Positions 44,419 to 57,099 of a DNA stretch of 64,000 nt are shown one piece after another; the stretch's first letter is position 1; every line of letters begins with the position of its first letter. The notes under the pieces are model-generated. The model ran no database searches, had not been told where the DNA came from, and worked only from the letters and a program-made list of their open reading frames with translations. The stretch comes from Chrysomallon squamiferum. Lineage: Eukaryota > Animalia > Mollusca. The stretch covers positions 19,840,001-19,904,000 of the forward strand of contig CM022672.1 in assembly GCA_012295275.1 (NCBI GenBank). The letters are read 5' to 3'. The position numbers were made by a program, and so were the translations under genes.

Positions 44419-44870
44419 TTTAAAAATCTCACAAAATATAAATAGGCAGAAACAAACATTATTAGTAAATAATTTAAAGTCCTTGCTTATAAGATATTTT
44501 TTAACTATCTTTGACCAGGCACATGTGGTTCGTTACACCCATTTTTGTTTTTTAGGTATGTCGTTAAGATTCAATTGCTCGTATATTATTAATGCCTCAT
44601 CGAATGAATTAATAGAATAAACAAACAAACACAAATATTCTTTCTAAATAATCTAGAGGCTACTCTTTATAGGACGGTCTTTATTGTCTTTGACTTAGCA
44701 GTTATCACATATTACTCGAGTTAAATTAGGCGAGAGACCACTCCTTCTCAAATTATGCAAGTTATCTTTATATAAAGTTTTGCAAAGTGTACTGCTTATG
44801 TAATAAATGTAAAAATATTTTAAAACGTCTCTGAATCCTTGAAATTGTATTTAATCTTGCTATGCTGTTT

Positions 44871-44915
<45 letters not shown>

Positions 44916-45122
44916 ATATCTAACCGGTTTATTTCTTAAATAAATAAACAAATAAAGTACAATTCTGTATGCAAATTAAAAAATTAGAATAATTATAAAA
45001 AATTAAATAAAATAGTGAAGTTTAAAAATATTAAATTGTCTTAATAGAATGAGTGATAGGCGACTGATATTTAAAATAAGATATCTTTTGGAAGGACAGA
45101 TTAAAACAGTTAACATTTTGCA

Positions 45123-45262
45123 ACGTTAATTAACATTATGCTATGTTTCATTTACTACGTTAAACATTATGTTATGTTTCATTTACCACGTTAATTAACA
45201 TTATGCTATGTTTCATTTACTACGTTAAACATTATGCTATGTTTCATTTACTACGTTAAACG
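45123..45262. repeat. 31-34-bp tandem repeat x4 in FABP-A intron 1
   Basis: Unit AACATTATGCTATGTTTCATTTACTACGTTA starts at 45132, 45163, 45197 and 45228. Confidence 0.9.
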
Positions 45263-45369
45263 TAACAAGTTAATTAACACTTAAAGTTATTGCTTCTTTT
45301 TTATATATATATTTGAAGAAAAAAAAAAAAAATTACTTAAGATTACTCAGTGATTTTCATATCTCTTAC

Positions 45370-45445
45370 CCATTTTTTTTAAAAATTCCTCCATGCCTTT
45401 CGATTCTTCTTTTACCAGTTGCCATTTTCCCAGTTGTTTGTCCAT
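45370..45445 (-). CDS. FABP-A coding exon 1 (MDKQLGKWQLVKEESKGMEEFLKKM-G)
   Basis: ATG at 45445; 76 nt; donor GTAAGA; GKWxL and EEFLKxMG motifs. Confidence 0.93.
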
Positions 45446-47299
45446 GACGTTGTGTCTGTCTGCGTCGACGTGTTCGGAGAGGTAAGGATTAATCTGGAGC
45501 TGCTCACTTTATCTACCGCTAACCAAACTGTACTTCGAGCCCACGTTCATCACGCGACCCCGTGCATTGATTACTTAGTGGTTCAGGGATAGTCCGCTGA
45601 AAGGGGTGGGGCAATGGGGAGTTCGAAGCGTAGATCCGTTTCCTTTGCTAAAATGAAATGACTGGATACTTGATATGTTTATGCGATAATGGGGATTTGG
45701 TTGTGTTCTTCTTCATTTTTCTTTTTTTTCTTTTCTTTTTATTATTATTTTTTTAATTTTTAATTTTTAATAACAGCTTCTAAATGATTGAGTGGATGAC
45801 TAAGTAAATGTAACATATTTAATAACTGAATATTATGTTGCATATGCTAAATGCATCTTGTAGTGAATGACTGCATACATGGTTGCATGTAGTGTAATAT
45901 AATGTAGCTAATCGGTTTACAGTGTAATAATTATTATGTGGATAATCTGTTGTTGTGTAAAATATAGTTTTGGTAATATACAGAAATGATGTGTTGCGAT
46001 ATGCTGTATGGATTATTGCTTGAATGTAGATTAATATATAATATTTTGTTGTGGTTGTGTGTTGTGCAGTGTAATTTAGAACAGCGTAAAGTACTTTATG
46101 CTTCATTGTGCAGTGTAATATAATTATTGTAGTGAAATTTCTTTCTGTGTAATATTATATGGTGTAGTGCAGAGTAGCGTGAGACAGTATTGTATCTGAT
46201 ACATGACTGATTGTGTTGTGTAACATTCTACTGTCTATAATAATTTAATGTAGCATAATGCGATACGGTGCATTATGGAATAGCATAATTGTGTGCAGTG
46301 CAGTTCTAGACTGAAGGTATGACTCATTTAGTAATGCAGTCTAGGTAGTGCATTGTGGTAGGCTGCATATATGATTGATTTGAATGGTGTGATGTATTGT
46401 AGTCTGTAGTAATGTGTTATAGAATATTGTTCTATTGTATTTGTCTCTATGGACTGCTGTTTGATTCGTTTATTTACATTTTTCTATGTTGATTTTTTTT
46501 TTTTTTTTTTTTTTTAAATTAGAATATAATTTCTTACAATACTTTTTTTTTGTGGTCATTGTTTTGGGGATTTTTTTTGGATTGTTTGTTTTTGTTTGTT
46601 GGATATTTTTGGAAGGGTTGTTTCTCTTTTGTTGTTGTTTGATTTGGTTTTGTAGTTGTTATGTTGTTGTTGTTTTATATGTGTGTGTGTGTGTGTTTTT
46701 TCTCTCTCCCTCTTTCTTTAACTTTAAACAAGCTTAGGCAGTAAAGACTTTCTCTGGAAACTTACTTATTAAATTGTGACCTTTTAAAGCTTTTACAACA
46801 CCAGACTCTCCTAATTCGGTGTGTTCGACCCTGATGACTCATCCAGCAGCGAGACGCGAACAAGACCTGACTGATTCGATGAAAGAGATAAAACAGTTTT
46901 TTTTTTTTTAATAATTAAACGTGTTACATAAGCCTTGCATTACTTAAAATTAAAAAGCATATATGTGTAATAAAGAAAATGAAATGAATACTTTAATAAA
47001 AAAATAAATAAATAAATAAAGAAATACGCGCTGACTTCATAGCCATGACATGTTGGAAGTGAAATCAGGTCAGACACATAAAATGAATTGACTGTCCTTA
47101 GGCAAGGGCGGGTTAAGAATTTCAGAAAAGGTGGGTCGCCTTCATCACGTTAGATTTAACATTTCGTGGATGAAATGAAGTTGCTTATGAACGGGGGAAA
47201 AAAATGTTTATTTAATAAATACGTCTTTATTAGGATATGTAGGTTAAATTGATATCTAACAATTTAAAAAAATATATATATATATGAAAATGGTACAAA

Positions 47300-47510
47300 T
47301 GACGAAATCTAGCATTAAGAATCAAAACCAAGCACAGTTAACAAAATCTGAATTATGCACATATGTCAAAATCTAACATTACAGTTGTGTACTTACGACA
47401 AAATCTAATATAAAAACTATGCACATATGTGGAAATCTGCCACTGGAATTGTGAACACATGGCGAAATCTAACATTATGATAATGCAGATATGACAGGAT
47501 CTGACATTTG
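47300..47510. repeat. Degenerate ~32-bp tandem repeat x~7
   Basis: An AAATCT(A/G)ACATT-like core recurs at ~32-bp spacing. Confidence 0.6.
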
Positions 47511-47814
47511 ATACATATTGAGATCAGTTTTTCGACAATAATTCTTAAGAATGTTGCAATACTGAATAACTGAAATGTGATGAATATAAAAGATTATTGG
47601 ATTTTCAGTTCTACACATCGATATGATATGCATATTTCTGTGCATATGGTCCTTACTCTTAAAAACATTTAAAATGGGTTCAACGTTCAGGAAGAGTATA
47701 CGCCATACATATTCTATGTAATTGTCTTCCTCTTATTTCAAACCACAGTGTATATTACCTTATTTTCATCATTGTTAGCATGTCAACTATTATTTATGAT
47801 CTGGGCAGAAGTAA

Positions 47815-48037
47815 TATTTTTTATTTAACGCTCTCTCAAAACACTTTTAATCAACGGTTATGCGGACCCTATATATCATTCGTCCTATACAATGGGCTAT
47901 TAAATTTTATTTAGAGGCAAAGGTTATACAGACGTTCTCGTAGACCAGAAAGCACACCATAATTCTGATAATTCAGCTCCGAGAACAGAATGGAATGGAT
48001 ATGACCTTGTGAGACTGAGTATGGTTATTTCTAGAAG

Positions 48038-48040
<3 letters not shown>
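47815..48040 (-). mobile_element. Decayed SINE copy
   Basis: TTATTTAACGCTCTCTCAAAACACTTTTAATCAACGGTTAT...ATGGGCTA is similar to 37547-37660. Confidence 0.4.
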
Positions 48041-48134
<94 letters not shown>

Positions 48135-48801
48135 ATGGCTACCCTGAAGATTTGCTTCGTTGTCTATAGCAATTTTACTTATAATCACAACTTGCTGAAG
48201 AGAATGATATTTTACCCTAACGTGAACTTGATTTTTTTGTCTTCAATTCATTATTTTTTTATTTTTTTTTTAAATTTTCAATTTTGTGGTGTAGTCTAAA
48301 TCTGCTTCTCAGTTTCTAACATTTGTCTCCTAAGTGAAATCTGAGACCGCTTCCCCCCCACAAAAAAGTCAAGAAGAAAACAACAAAGAACGAGATATCT
48401 ACTTCTTCCTTTCAGTTTTAAAAGGCTCTGTAAGAAAAGTTTTATAATAATGCATACAAATAAAACAAAAATATATTTTTTAACAAGCTCAACGAATAAG
48501 AAACTTCAACCGATCAGTATTATTATTTTTATAAATATAAATAAAACCGAAAATTGTTTATTTTGTTTTTTTTTAATTCAACGTAAAAAGAACATTAACA
48601 TTATTAAAATAGGTATAAATTATATCTTCGTTTAATACAGCAATAAAACTTACGATAAAAACTTCTTTTTTTTTTTTTTTGGTTTGTCAGTTTTTCTAGT
48701 TACCAAAGACCTTTTATATTTACATATTAATGCTTTTGTATTTACGATAAAATTTATACCAAGTTACCTTATCAGAATTTTAATTTGAACTATTTTTAAA
48801 T

Positions 48802-48835
<34 letters not shown>

Positions 48836-50190
48836 TTATTGAGGAATGAAAGAATTTTTCTGCAACTCATACATTCGATTATTTTTGAATATGTAATATT
48901 TGTTATTTTTTAGTATTAGTATAAAAAAATTGTATTAAGAAAAAATATATGTATGTGTATATGTATACGATTGTATGTATCTGTATGTATCTGTATGTAT
49001 ATATGTTGTTGCTTTTTTGGAGGGGTTATGGGATTTTTTTTTGCTGAAATGCTGTTTTGTTTGGCGGGAGATTATTATTATTTAATTTTTTGGTGCTGTT
49101 GATTTTTTTTATTATTATTTAATTTTTTGTTTATTTGCTGCTGTGGTTTTCACTGTTTTCTTTATTGGTGTTATTTTTTTTTTTTTTTTTTTTTTGCGGA
49201 GGAGGTGGGTGGATCTTTCTCTTTTTTTTTTTGCCGGTTTTTGGGGGTGGTTGGAGTTGTTTTTTTGTGAGAAATCTTGTTTTTTGTTTGTTTTGTTTTT
49301 CTTTTCTTTTTTTTTCTGGCGACTGAATGAGACACGGGTTAAGAAAAAAAATTCAATCTTACTCTGATAAAATAAGTTCAAAGTCTGAAAGTCGTTTTGA
49401 ATCTTGATAAATAACATCCTGGTTTATTTTTTTATTATTATTATTATTGTTTTTTTTTTTTTTTTTTTTTTTTTAATCGATCCAAACACACATCAGGCAG
49501 AGAAATACAGAAAAATTTAGTCTGAGAGGTTTCATACTGTAAAACGTATTATTTAAATGTCTGGCTTAATTTTAATAAGAAAACAAAATCTGTAAATACA
49601 CAAAAAATTTCTTTTCTCTCTGTTCATTAGTTTTAAAATAAATAAATGAATTATTGATGAATGAAACCATGAATGAATGAATGAATGAATGATGAACGAA
49701 TTAATGAATGAATAAAGGACTGATATTGGAATCAAACTAACTGCACCAGTCGAAAAAAAATTCATGTACTAGTTTGTGCTAGTTTATGCTAGTTTATTTT
49801 TAATTTTATTCTGTTCATTTATTAAATTTTATTATTCTTTATTTATAATTGTATGTGCGCATGTTTATACTTGCTATTGTTATTGTTAATTTATATGTAA
49901 TTTATCATTATTTGTTTTTATTTATTTTAATTAAAATTGTTAATATATATATATCAAATTATGTTTCATTTTAGTTTTTGAATTTATTTGATTTGATTTG
50001 ATTCATTATCATTCTTATTTGTTTTATTTATTTATTTATTTATGTTCATATATTTTTCAGTTTACCTTTTCGACTTTTTTATTTAGCGATATGCTATTTT
50101 ATTTTGCCATTTTCATATAATTATGTAACTTCGTGATTAGAAAACAGACCTAAGGAATGATAGATCGTGGTTTTTCGTATATTTGTGTGT

Positions 50191-50255
<65 letters not shown>

Positions 50256-50970
50256 TGTGTATGTATGTGTGTGTGTGTGTGTGTGTGTGTGATACAGTAC
50301 TTTCCAGACTACATCAAAGAGATAACGTATGTCTTCTACTGAGAGGAAAACACGTTTAAATAAGATTTTTACCAACAGCAGGAATTTGAAAGAACCTAAA
50401 TAACGAACGCTATCTAGAGGATTGATTCTAGTGCCTCGACTAAACGCTTTCACAACCAAATCCAGCCCCCAAAAAAAAAAAAGATTTGACCATACGACCC
50501 ATCGTACTTCAGACATACACTTTATCCTTGAACCGGCTTGTTTTAGCACGTAACAACACGGTAACACCGCGTAATCACAGCAGAATACGCCTGTACTCGT
50601 TACACTAATAGAATTAATTTATCACCCGTGAGATAGTCTTCACATCGGCAAGTCAACATGTTACAAGATAACAAAATGATAAACTTCCATTTGATGTGCG
50701 ATTTTACTGATACGTAACATGAATTAAATGGATTTTGTACTTTTAGAAGGGAGTACTAGCGAACAGCCGTTAAACAAGTAATTAGCTAAAAAAAAAAAAA
50801 AAAAAAAATCCCCAAAAACCAAAACACGTATGCAACCAATGAAATTATGTGTGCAATCTTTGTTAACAATAAAGTACGATCATAATATTTAATGGCGACG
50901 ATTGGTTCCATTTTTACTTCTAAATACAAAAATTTATATAAGTAAATAAAAATAATGTTACACCTTAGAG

Positions 50971-51013
<43 letters not shown>

Positions 51014-51122
51014 GATATGTGCTTTCTTACAGTGAGGAAGCTGCATATAAAAAGTCCCTATACATTTGACTTTAATTTAAGTTCGTTTAATGAAGATAAT
51101 GATAATTACAACTTTTTATAAA

Positions 51123-51859
51123 CAGTGGTATCTCAACTTACGAGTCCCCAACTTACGAGTTTTTCGGATTACGAGCAGTCGCGCTGGTCGATTTTGTGCT
51201 TTGATCTGCGAGCAAAATTCCGAATTACGAGCGAGCTTCAGATAGCGCCCCGAACAACACAGCATCCGGCCAGCATCCCGCGTCTCACTCGTTTACTTTA
51301 CGTGGTTACCTCGGCGTGGAAGCATCTCTGTTGTGTTGTGCTCGCGTTCTGGGGAATATTTTGCCAAATTTCTTTTTTTCTGACCGTGGATCCTAAGAAA
51401 GTGAGAACGAAGGACAGTGCTGAGATGTAGAAGCGGGTGATATCCATTGAATTATAGCTTGAATTCATAGAAAAACACGAGAGAGGTTTACATTTAGTCG
51501 ACTTGGCTAGGGATTACAAGCGTAGTACTTCTACAATATGTACCATACTGAAGCTGAAGGAGTCGATAAAGGCTGTAACTCCAGCCAAGGGCGTTAGAAT
51601 AATTTTTCTGATCTCCAAGATAAATACACTTTACAAAACCAATTTATTTCTTTATATTCTCTTTTATTTTGTATTTCTAAATACATTTTTCTTATTTTTT
51701 GGGGGAAAAAAAAATGGAACAGATTTTTTGGGGGGGGGATAAGACAGATTAATGGTATTTCATTTAATTTCAGTTGGGAAAATTGATTTGATATACGAGC
51801 AAATTGAGTTAGTAGCTCGGTCACGAAACGAATTAAACTCGTCAGTCAAGGTACCACTG
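51123..51859 (+). mobile_element. Non-autonomous Tigger/pogo DNA transposon, copy 2
   Basis: TIRs CAGTGGTATCTCAACTTACGAGT and ACTCGTCAGTCAAGGTACCACTG followed by TA. Transposase N-terminal remnant DPKKVRTKDSAEM*...LARDYKRSTSTICTILKLKESIKAVTPAKGV. Confidence 0.92.
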
Positions 51860-52097
51860 TATATATACATATTTTTTATTATTATTTCTCTGCATAAGGA
51901 AATTTGTCATGTTTGTTTATCCGTTGGTAAATCAACCTCAGTATTTTAATATTTTAACTGTGGAGATTAAAATATCCTAAGTCACATCTCATTCCAAACG
52001 ACCAAGTTAATATTAAATAATTTATATTTGCAATGACAAGTCTTCTTTTTTGCGTCATTATTATTATAATTATCATCATTGTCATTATTATTATTTA

Positions 52098-52152
<55 letters not shown>

Positions 52153-52276
52153 TTGAATTTTTTTCATTTTTATTTCATAATATTTTTTCATCCTTTGCAT
52201 TATTTTCTGTTATTATTGTTGTCATTATTTATCATTGGTCTTATATAAATTTTATTTTATTTATGAACTGTAATCG

Positions 52277-52346
<70 letters not shown>

Positions 52347-52488
52347 TACTACTACTACTACTATTATTATTATTACTGTTGTTGTTGTTGTTCTTTATTT
52401 TATTTATTTATTTATGTTTTTTAAAGTTATCATCAGTTGATACAAACAGTAGCCAAAACTAATAATAACAAGGTACTTGTTTATCCAG

Positions 52489-52596
52489 AATGATGACATC
52501 ACAACTGTCTTCGTCGGGTACAACTGTTTGACGTCATTATATACTGACGACATACAACAAAAAAGCGAAAATTCATATTTTAAGTATTGCGTAAAG
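52489..52596 (+). other. Probable upstream (5'UTR or coding) exon of the 53.4-54.2 kb gene
   Basis: A 108-nt island of complex sequence between ttatccag and AAG|GTAAAC. Its open frame is phase 0, which does not fit the phase-1 start of the next exon, so it would be UTR if spliced directly. Confidence 0.4.
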
Positions 52597-52991
52597 GTAA
52601 ACGAATTATTTTTACTTTTCTACTGTTATAATCATCATCATCATTTTATTATTATTAATATTATTATTAATTTTGTCAGCACTGCAATAATTTTTGACAA
52701 TCACGGACGGGTTTTTTATTTATTTATTTTTTTTTTTTTTTTTCTGTATGTGGTTTATCTGCATTAGCGATGTAATGTGGATTGTTTTATTTTGTTTTCG
52801 TGTGTACGTGTGTGTGTGTGTGGGGGGGTTTTGTAGGGTTTTTTGTTGTTTTTTATGTTGTTGTTTTCTTTTTCTTTTTGTTTACTTAGTGTTTTAGTTT
52901 ATTTAGCTAACGTTAAAGTGTATTAAAATGTATTTATCACTTCGGTAAATGTTCGGTATATCAGTACAACAGTCACAATAATAACAACAAC

Positions 52992-53050
<59 letters not shown>

Positions 53051-53396
53051 AGGCTTTAGAAATTGAAATAAATAAATGAATACAGACATAAAACAGCTTT
53101 TCCACATTTTGTTGATTGACATAAATATACATACAACTGTTTGTGTATTACACAACGTGAACATTTTTATAAATAATCAAACATCACCTCTTTAATGTAT
53201 CCAGGTGCCATTTCCTGTTTCTAATAAGAAATGAATGCATGCCATAAGTTATTTATGTTATTCAGTATTTCTGATAAGCTTTATAAGAGATTATAAAGTA
53301 AACACTGGAAAGAAAAATGTTTGAACATAATTAAAATAAATTTAAACATTTTACAAATCTTTTTTTGTTTGTTTGTTTTTAGTCAATTCGGGTGAG

Positions 53397-53550
53397 ATGG
53401 AAGTTAATCTTAATTTACAGTCTGAGTCGGATTCATGGTCTCGTTTACTCGCTAGGAGGAGAAAACTAGCCGAGGAAAGAGAAAAATTCTTCCACAGCAC
53501 AATTATACAGCAAATTATGGATGAAAGAAAAACAGAAAGTATTGCCCAAC
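53397..53550 (+). CDS. Uncharacterised ~144-aa protein, coding exon 1 (MEVNLNLQSESDSWSRLLARRRKLAEEREKFF...ESIAQ)
   Basis: Exon begins after the acceptor tttgtttttag at 53383; ATG at 53397; phase-1 donor GTTAGT at 53551. The start codon is uncertain, since the frame is open back to the acceptor. Confidence 0.65.
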
Positions 53551-53844
53551 GTTAGTATTATTATATACGTTTAATTAAAACATTTTCAGAACATCGAATT
53601 AACGAACTTAAAACTGATGGATGAATGGATGGATGGAGGGTGTGTATTGGCTTTACGTGACTAAGTTCAGTGTAACAATACAAATTTATCAAAATATTTT
53701 AAAACAATACTTGATAAACTTTTAACGAAATCAAATTATTCCGGAAGTTATCTGTCAAGGGAGATAACTCTTTAGTATTTTATACTCCATGAGTATATCT
53801 TCGGTTATTTTTCATCATTTCGAAAAGTCAACAATAACAACATC

Positions 53845-53897
<53 letters not shown>

Positions 53898-53936
53898 CAT
53901 TCTCATTTAATAAATAATTTTAAATTTGCATTTCAG

Positions 53937-54217
53937 AAGTGGTATCGAGTGTTTTGTTACAAATCGTTAATGAGACACTAGAATCCATCAAAGATGAGGA
54001 GAAACGAGAGGAGTTGTCTGATTCACTTGATAAAAGCGTCGTAGAGTATGAAGACGTTGAAAAACCACGTATTATTGCTGAGCCACAGCTATACAAACCA
54101 CAAAGAGTAAAAACGAGGAGGGTGACACGGATGCTTGGGCGAATTCTGGAGCGATTTCGGATTTGCGCCATCGGGAAGAGTGCGAATCAGAAGAACAAAT
54201 CTCGCCCTTGGGTTTGA
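53937..54217 (+). CDS. Uncharacterised ~144-aa protein, terminal coding exon (Q-VVSSVLLQIVNETLESIKDEEKREE...KSRPWV*)
   Basis: Acceptor catttcag in phase 1, matching the upstream donor; 281 nt open to TGA; AATAAA at 54371. Confidence 0.72.
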
Positions 54218-54799
54218 AAATGATCGGTGCTTATCATTTGCTGAACTCGAAACATTTATATATCTTGTTAATGCATTTTTTAAAGTTTTTTGAAGTTAAA
54301 CTGAATTTAATTTTGCTGAAAGAAATGTCAGTGTAATCATTAAAAAAAAAGAAATTGTTGTTTGTTATAAAATAAATATTGTTATTTTAAGAAAATTATA
54401 TTTATGTAAATTTGATGAAAATCTGTTAATAAATTGTTAAATGATACCAGATTTTTGTTTTTACTTCAGGAGAGTTTAATTTGTTTTTGAAGGCAGGTGG
54501 GGGGGGGGTGTTTTTTCTTTCTCTGATTCTCTCTCTTTATTTCCGTCCTTGTTTCTCTCATTCTCTCTCTCTTTCACCATACCTCTCTCTCTCTCTCTTT
54601 CCCCCGTACCTCTCTCCCTCTCTCTGTCTCTCTCTCTATGGACAGATTTGTATAATCCACATAATTATACTTAAAATAAATGTTTAAGAAAAAAAAAAAA
54701 GGAAGATACATTGTCCACTACTGCATTAAGTAGCTTAAGGAAGAGACGACCTGTAATTATTAGTACGTAGTAATAACTAATCATCAACACACCTGTTGG

Positions 54800-55010
54800 A
54801 CCATTTTCCGTTCTAGTCGAATGATCTGTGAAAGGTGGTGTGTTTGCTCACCTGGTTATGGGAACGTGCATATTAAGGATCCCTTGTTGCTCAAAAAGAG
54901 ATATATTAGCCAATGTTCGGTAACCGGTTTCATTTGTTTATTATCTGTACGGTCCATATAACTGTAGATTACAAGTGTGTCGAGTGTATCGCTGAAAAAA
55001 CGTTTCTACG
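54800..55010 (+). mobile_element. Decayed SINE body (resembles the Meta/MESC-type core)
   Basis: GTGCATATTAAGGATCCCTTGTTGCT matches the reverse complement of 38205-38232 (GTGCATATTAAAGATTCCATGCTGCT). The family name is from memory and has not been verified. Confidence 0.55.
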
Positions 55011-55343
55011 TGTTTTTTTTTTTGGGGGGGGTTGTTTTGTTGTTTTTTTACCTTCTTTTTTTTTCGTTTGCTTGTTTTTTGTTTCCTCACTGGCTTGGAG
55101 GCAGCTCTCAAAGGCAGAGAGTCTTTCCTTTCTATCTTGAATTAAACAATGAACAGATTGGATAATTATTTTTGCATTTACTTGTTTGTTTTTGTTTTTT
55201 TCTTTCTTTCTTTCTTTCTTTCTTTATTTATTTATTTATTTATTTATTTATTACTAACATTGTCATTATCTTCATCGTTACAACATTATTATCATTATTA
55301 TTATCATTATCGTCATCATTGTCATCATCATCATCATAATTAC

Positions 55344-55383
<40 letters not shown>

Positions 55384-57099
55384 GGTATAGTGTCTATTGG
55401 TATAGTTGTTATCTTCATATTAGTGAGATAATATTTTCTTATTTCATCAAAATGGAATAATATTAAATTATAAACTGTTACTATCATCATCATAATCATC
55501 ATCATTATTATCATCAACATTGTCACAGTTATCATTGCCGTCATTAGTAATTTACACACATACATGTATAGTAATCTTATCATGCCTTTTATTATAACTG
55601 TGATATGTTATCTTTTCGTTGATCATTCTAAAAACAGTTAAGTCATGTCAAGAAACACTGAGTCATTTTCAATAATACGGAATTCAAGACTTATTCGATA
55701 CAAACTGTTTAAATATAGTTTGGTATATTTTTATGTTATTAAATAATTAGTTAATTGCGTGAGTCCTTTTGTATTAATAAAGTATGACAATAAAATAATA
55801 CGTTTTTGAGGTGTCATCAACTTTTAGTCTAGAATCATTTATTAAAGGTAAATGTTTGGGTTTTTGTTTGTTGTTTTGTTTTGTATTTTGGGTGGAGGAG
55901 GGATTTGTTGTTGGTGTGGGTTTTTTTATTGTTTGTTTGATTTGTTTTTGTTTTGCTTTGGGTTTGTTGTTGTTTTCTTGTTGTTTGATTGGGGTTTTTC
56001 TATTTTGTTTGGGGGGAGGTTTTGTGTTTTTGGGGTTGGGCGTGTGTGTGGATTTCCTTTTTGTTGTTCTTTCGTTTTAATTTTTTAATAAATGTTTCGG
56101 AAACAATGAATAAACCAATAAATGCAAAGTTGTCGTATCCTCAATTTTATTTTATTTTGTTTTGTTTTGTTTATTTCACTTTATTATTACCAGTGTCTGA
56201 CTCTATGTTAGCTATAACATCAAAAGTGTGCTTTAACAGTCATATTATCAAAGTTATTGCATAACAAACTCTAAAAAGTTATTTTAAATGGTTTATTTAC
56301 AATGCAACAGTAACACACGGAACGGAACATAATAAATATAGATAAATTTACAAACAAAAACACTCTTTCTTCTGAATTAGTAAACATCAGTACTCTGGTT
56401 TCGACTGCATTATCAATTTTCAACCGCTCTCTGAATAAGTTAAAATATAATTTTATATATATATATATAAGTAAGAAAGTCCATGTGTGTGTATGTGTAT
56501 GTGTATGTATATAACACTGAAAGAGAATGCTATATAAGATAGTTTCAAAAAAAAAAAAAAAAATATGTGTAAGCAGATTAACAAATTGTTTAAGAAATTT
56601 TCTTTAGATGTCTGAAGAAAAAACAATATTATAGAAATTTTAGTAAATAATGACGCTTTATGAAAATCTATACTTATACAAATTAGAGAGTTTGAATATA
56701 ATCGTATAATTACGTAAGAATGGTAAATGTTCATTTTAAACAATGGAAATTATAAATAACTTTAATAAACATTGGCTAAGAATTATAAACATGTAAGAAA
56801 AACGTCAAACATATTTTCCTTTTGATGAAATCTTTTTAATTTATAGAAACATATAAGAAAAGTCTGCTCGAACTTGAATAACTTGTTAATTTATGTAATA
56901 ATTTTCATTCACCTAAAAATTAAAAATGGTAATTAATTCGAAACATAATTTTTTCTACTTTTATATTTAATAAATTTCAAAAATCGCTGTTAATTCTTTC
57001 ATTCGTTTTCTTTGTCGGGGAAATGTATTTGTAGTTTTTTAAATGTTGATGTCTTATTAATTTATTAGCCTAAATTAAGAAACCATTAACTTCTCCTCT

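Larger units (their letters stand above)
39682..45445 (-). other. Gene span of FABP/iLBP-family gene 'FABP-A' (4 coding exons, 136 aa)
   Basis: complement(join(39682..39732,40325..40432,40800..40975,45370..45445)). GT-AG introns, phases 1,0,0. Protein: MDKQLGKWQLVKEESKGMEEFLKKMGYQDKDIEGYKNIDYTLELSKDGDTYTTVASIVGRDPQTYKFKLGETIDYNALDGTKPKLTITEEGEESVESYNLEESNRKWKTTRKVEGDKMTATSTIDGVTMVQVLKKI. AATAAA at 39574-39569. Confidence 0.95.

Noticed and set aside
50121-50567. 148-aa minus-strand ORF and a short plus-strand MSSTERK... frame
   Set aside because: The region is part (CA)n microsatellite and part SINE-like decayed sequence, and the plus frame stops after 24 codons.
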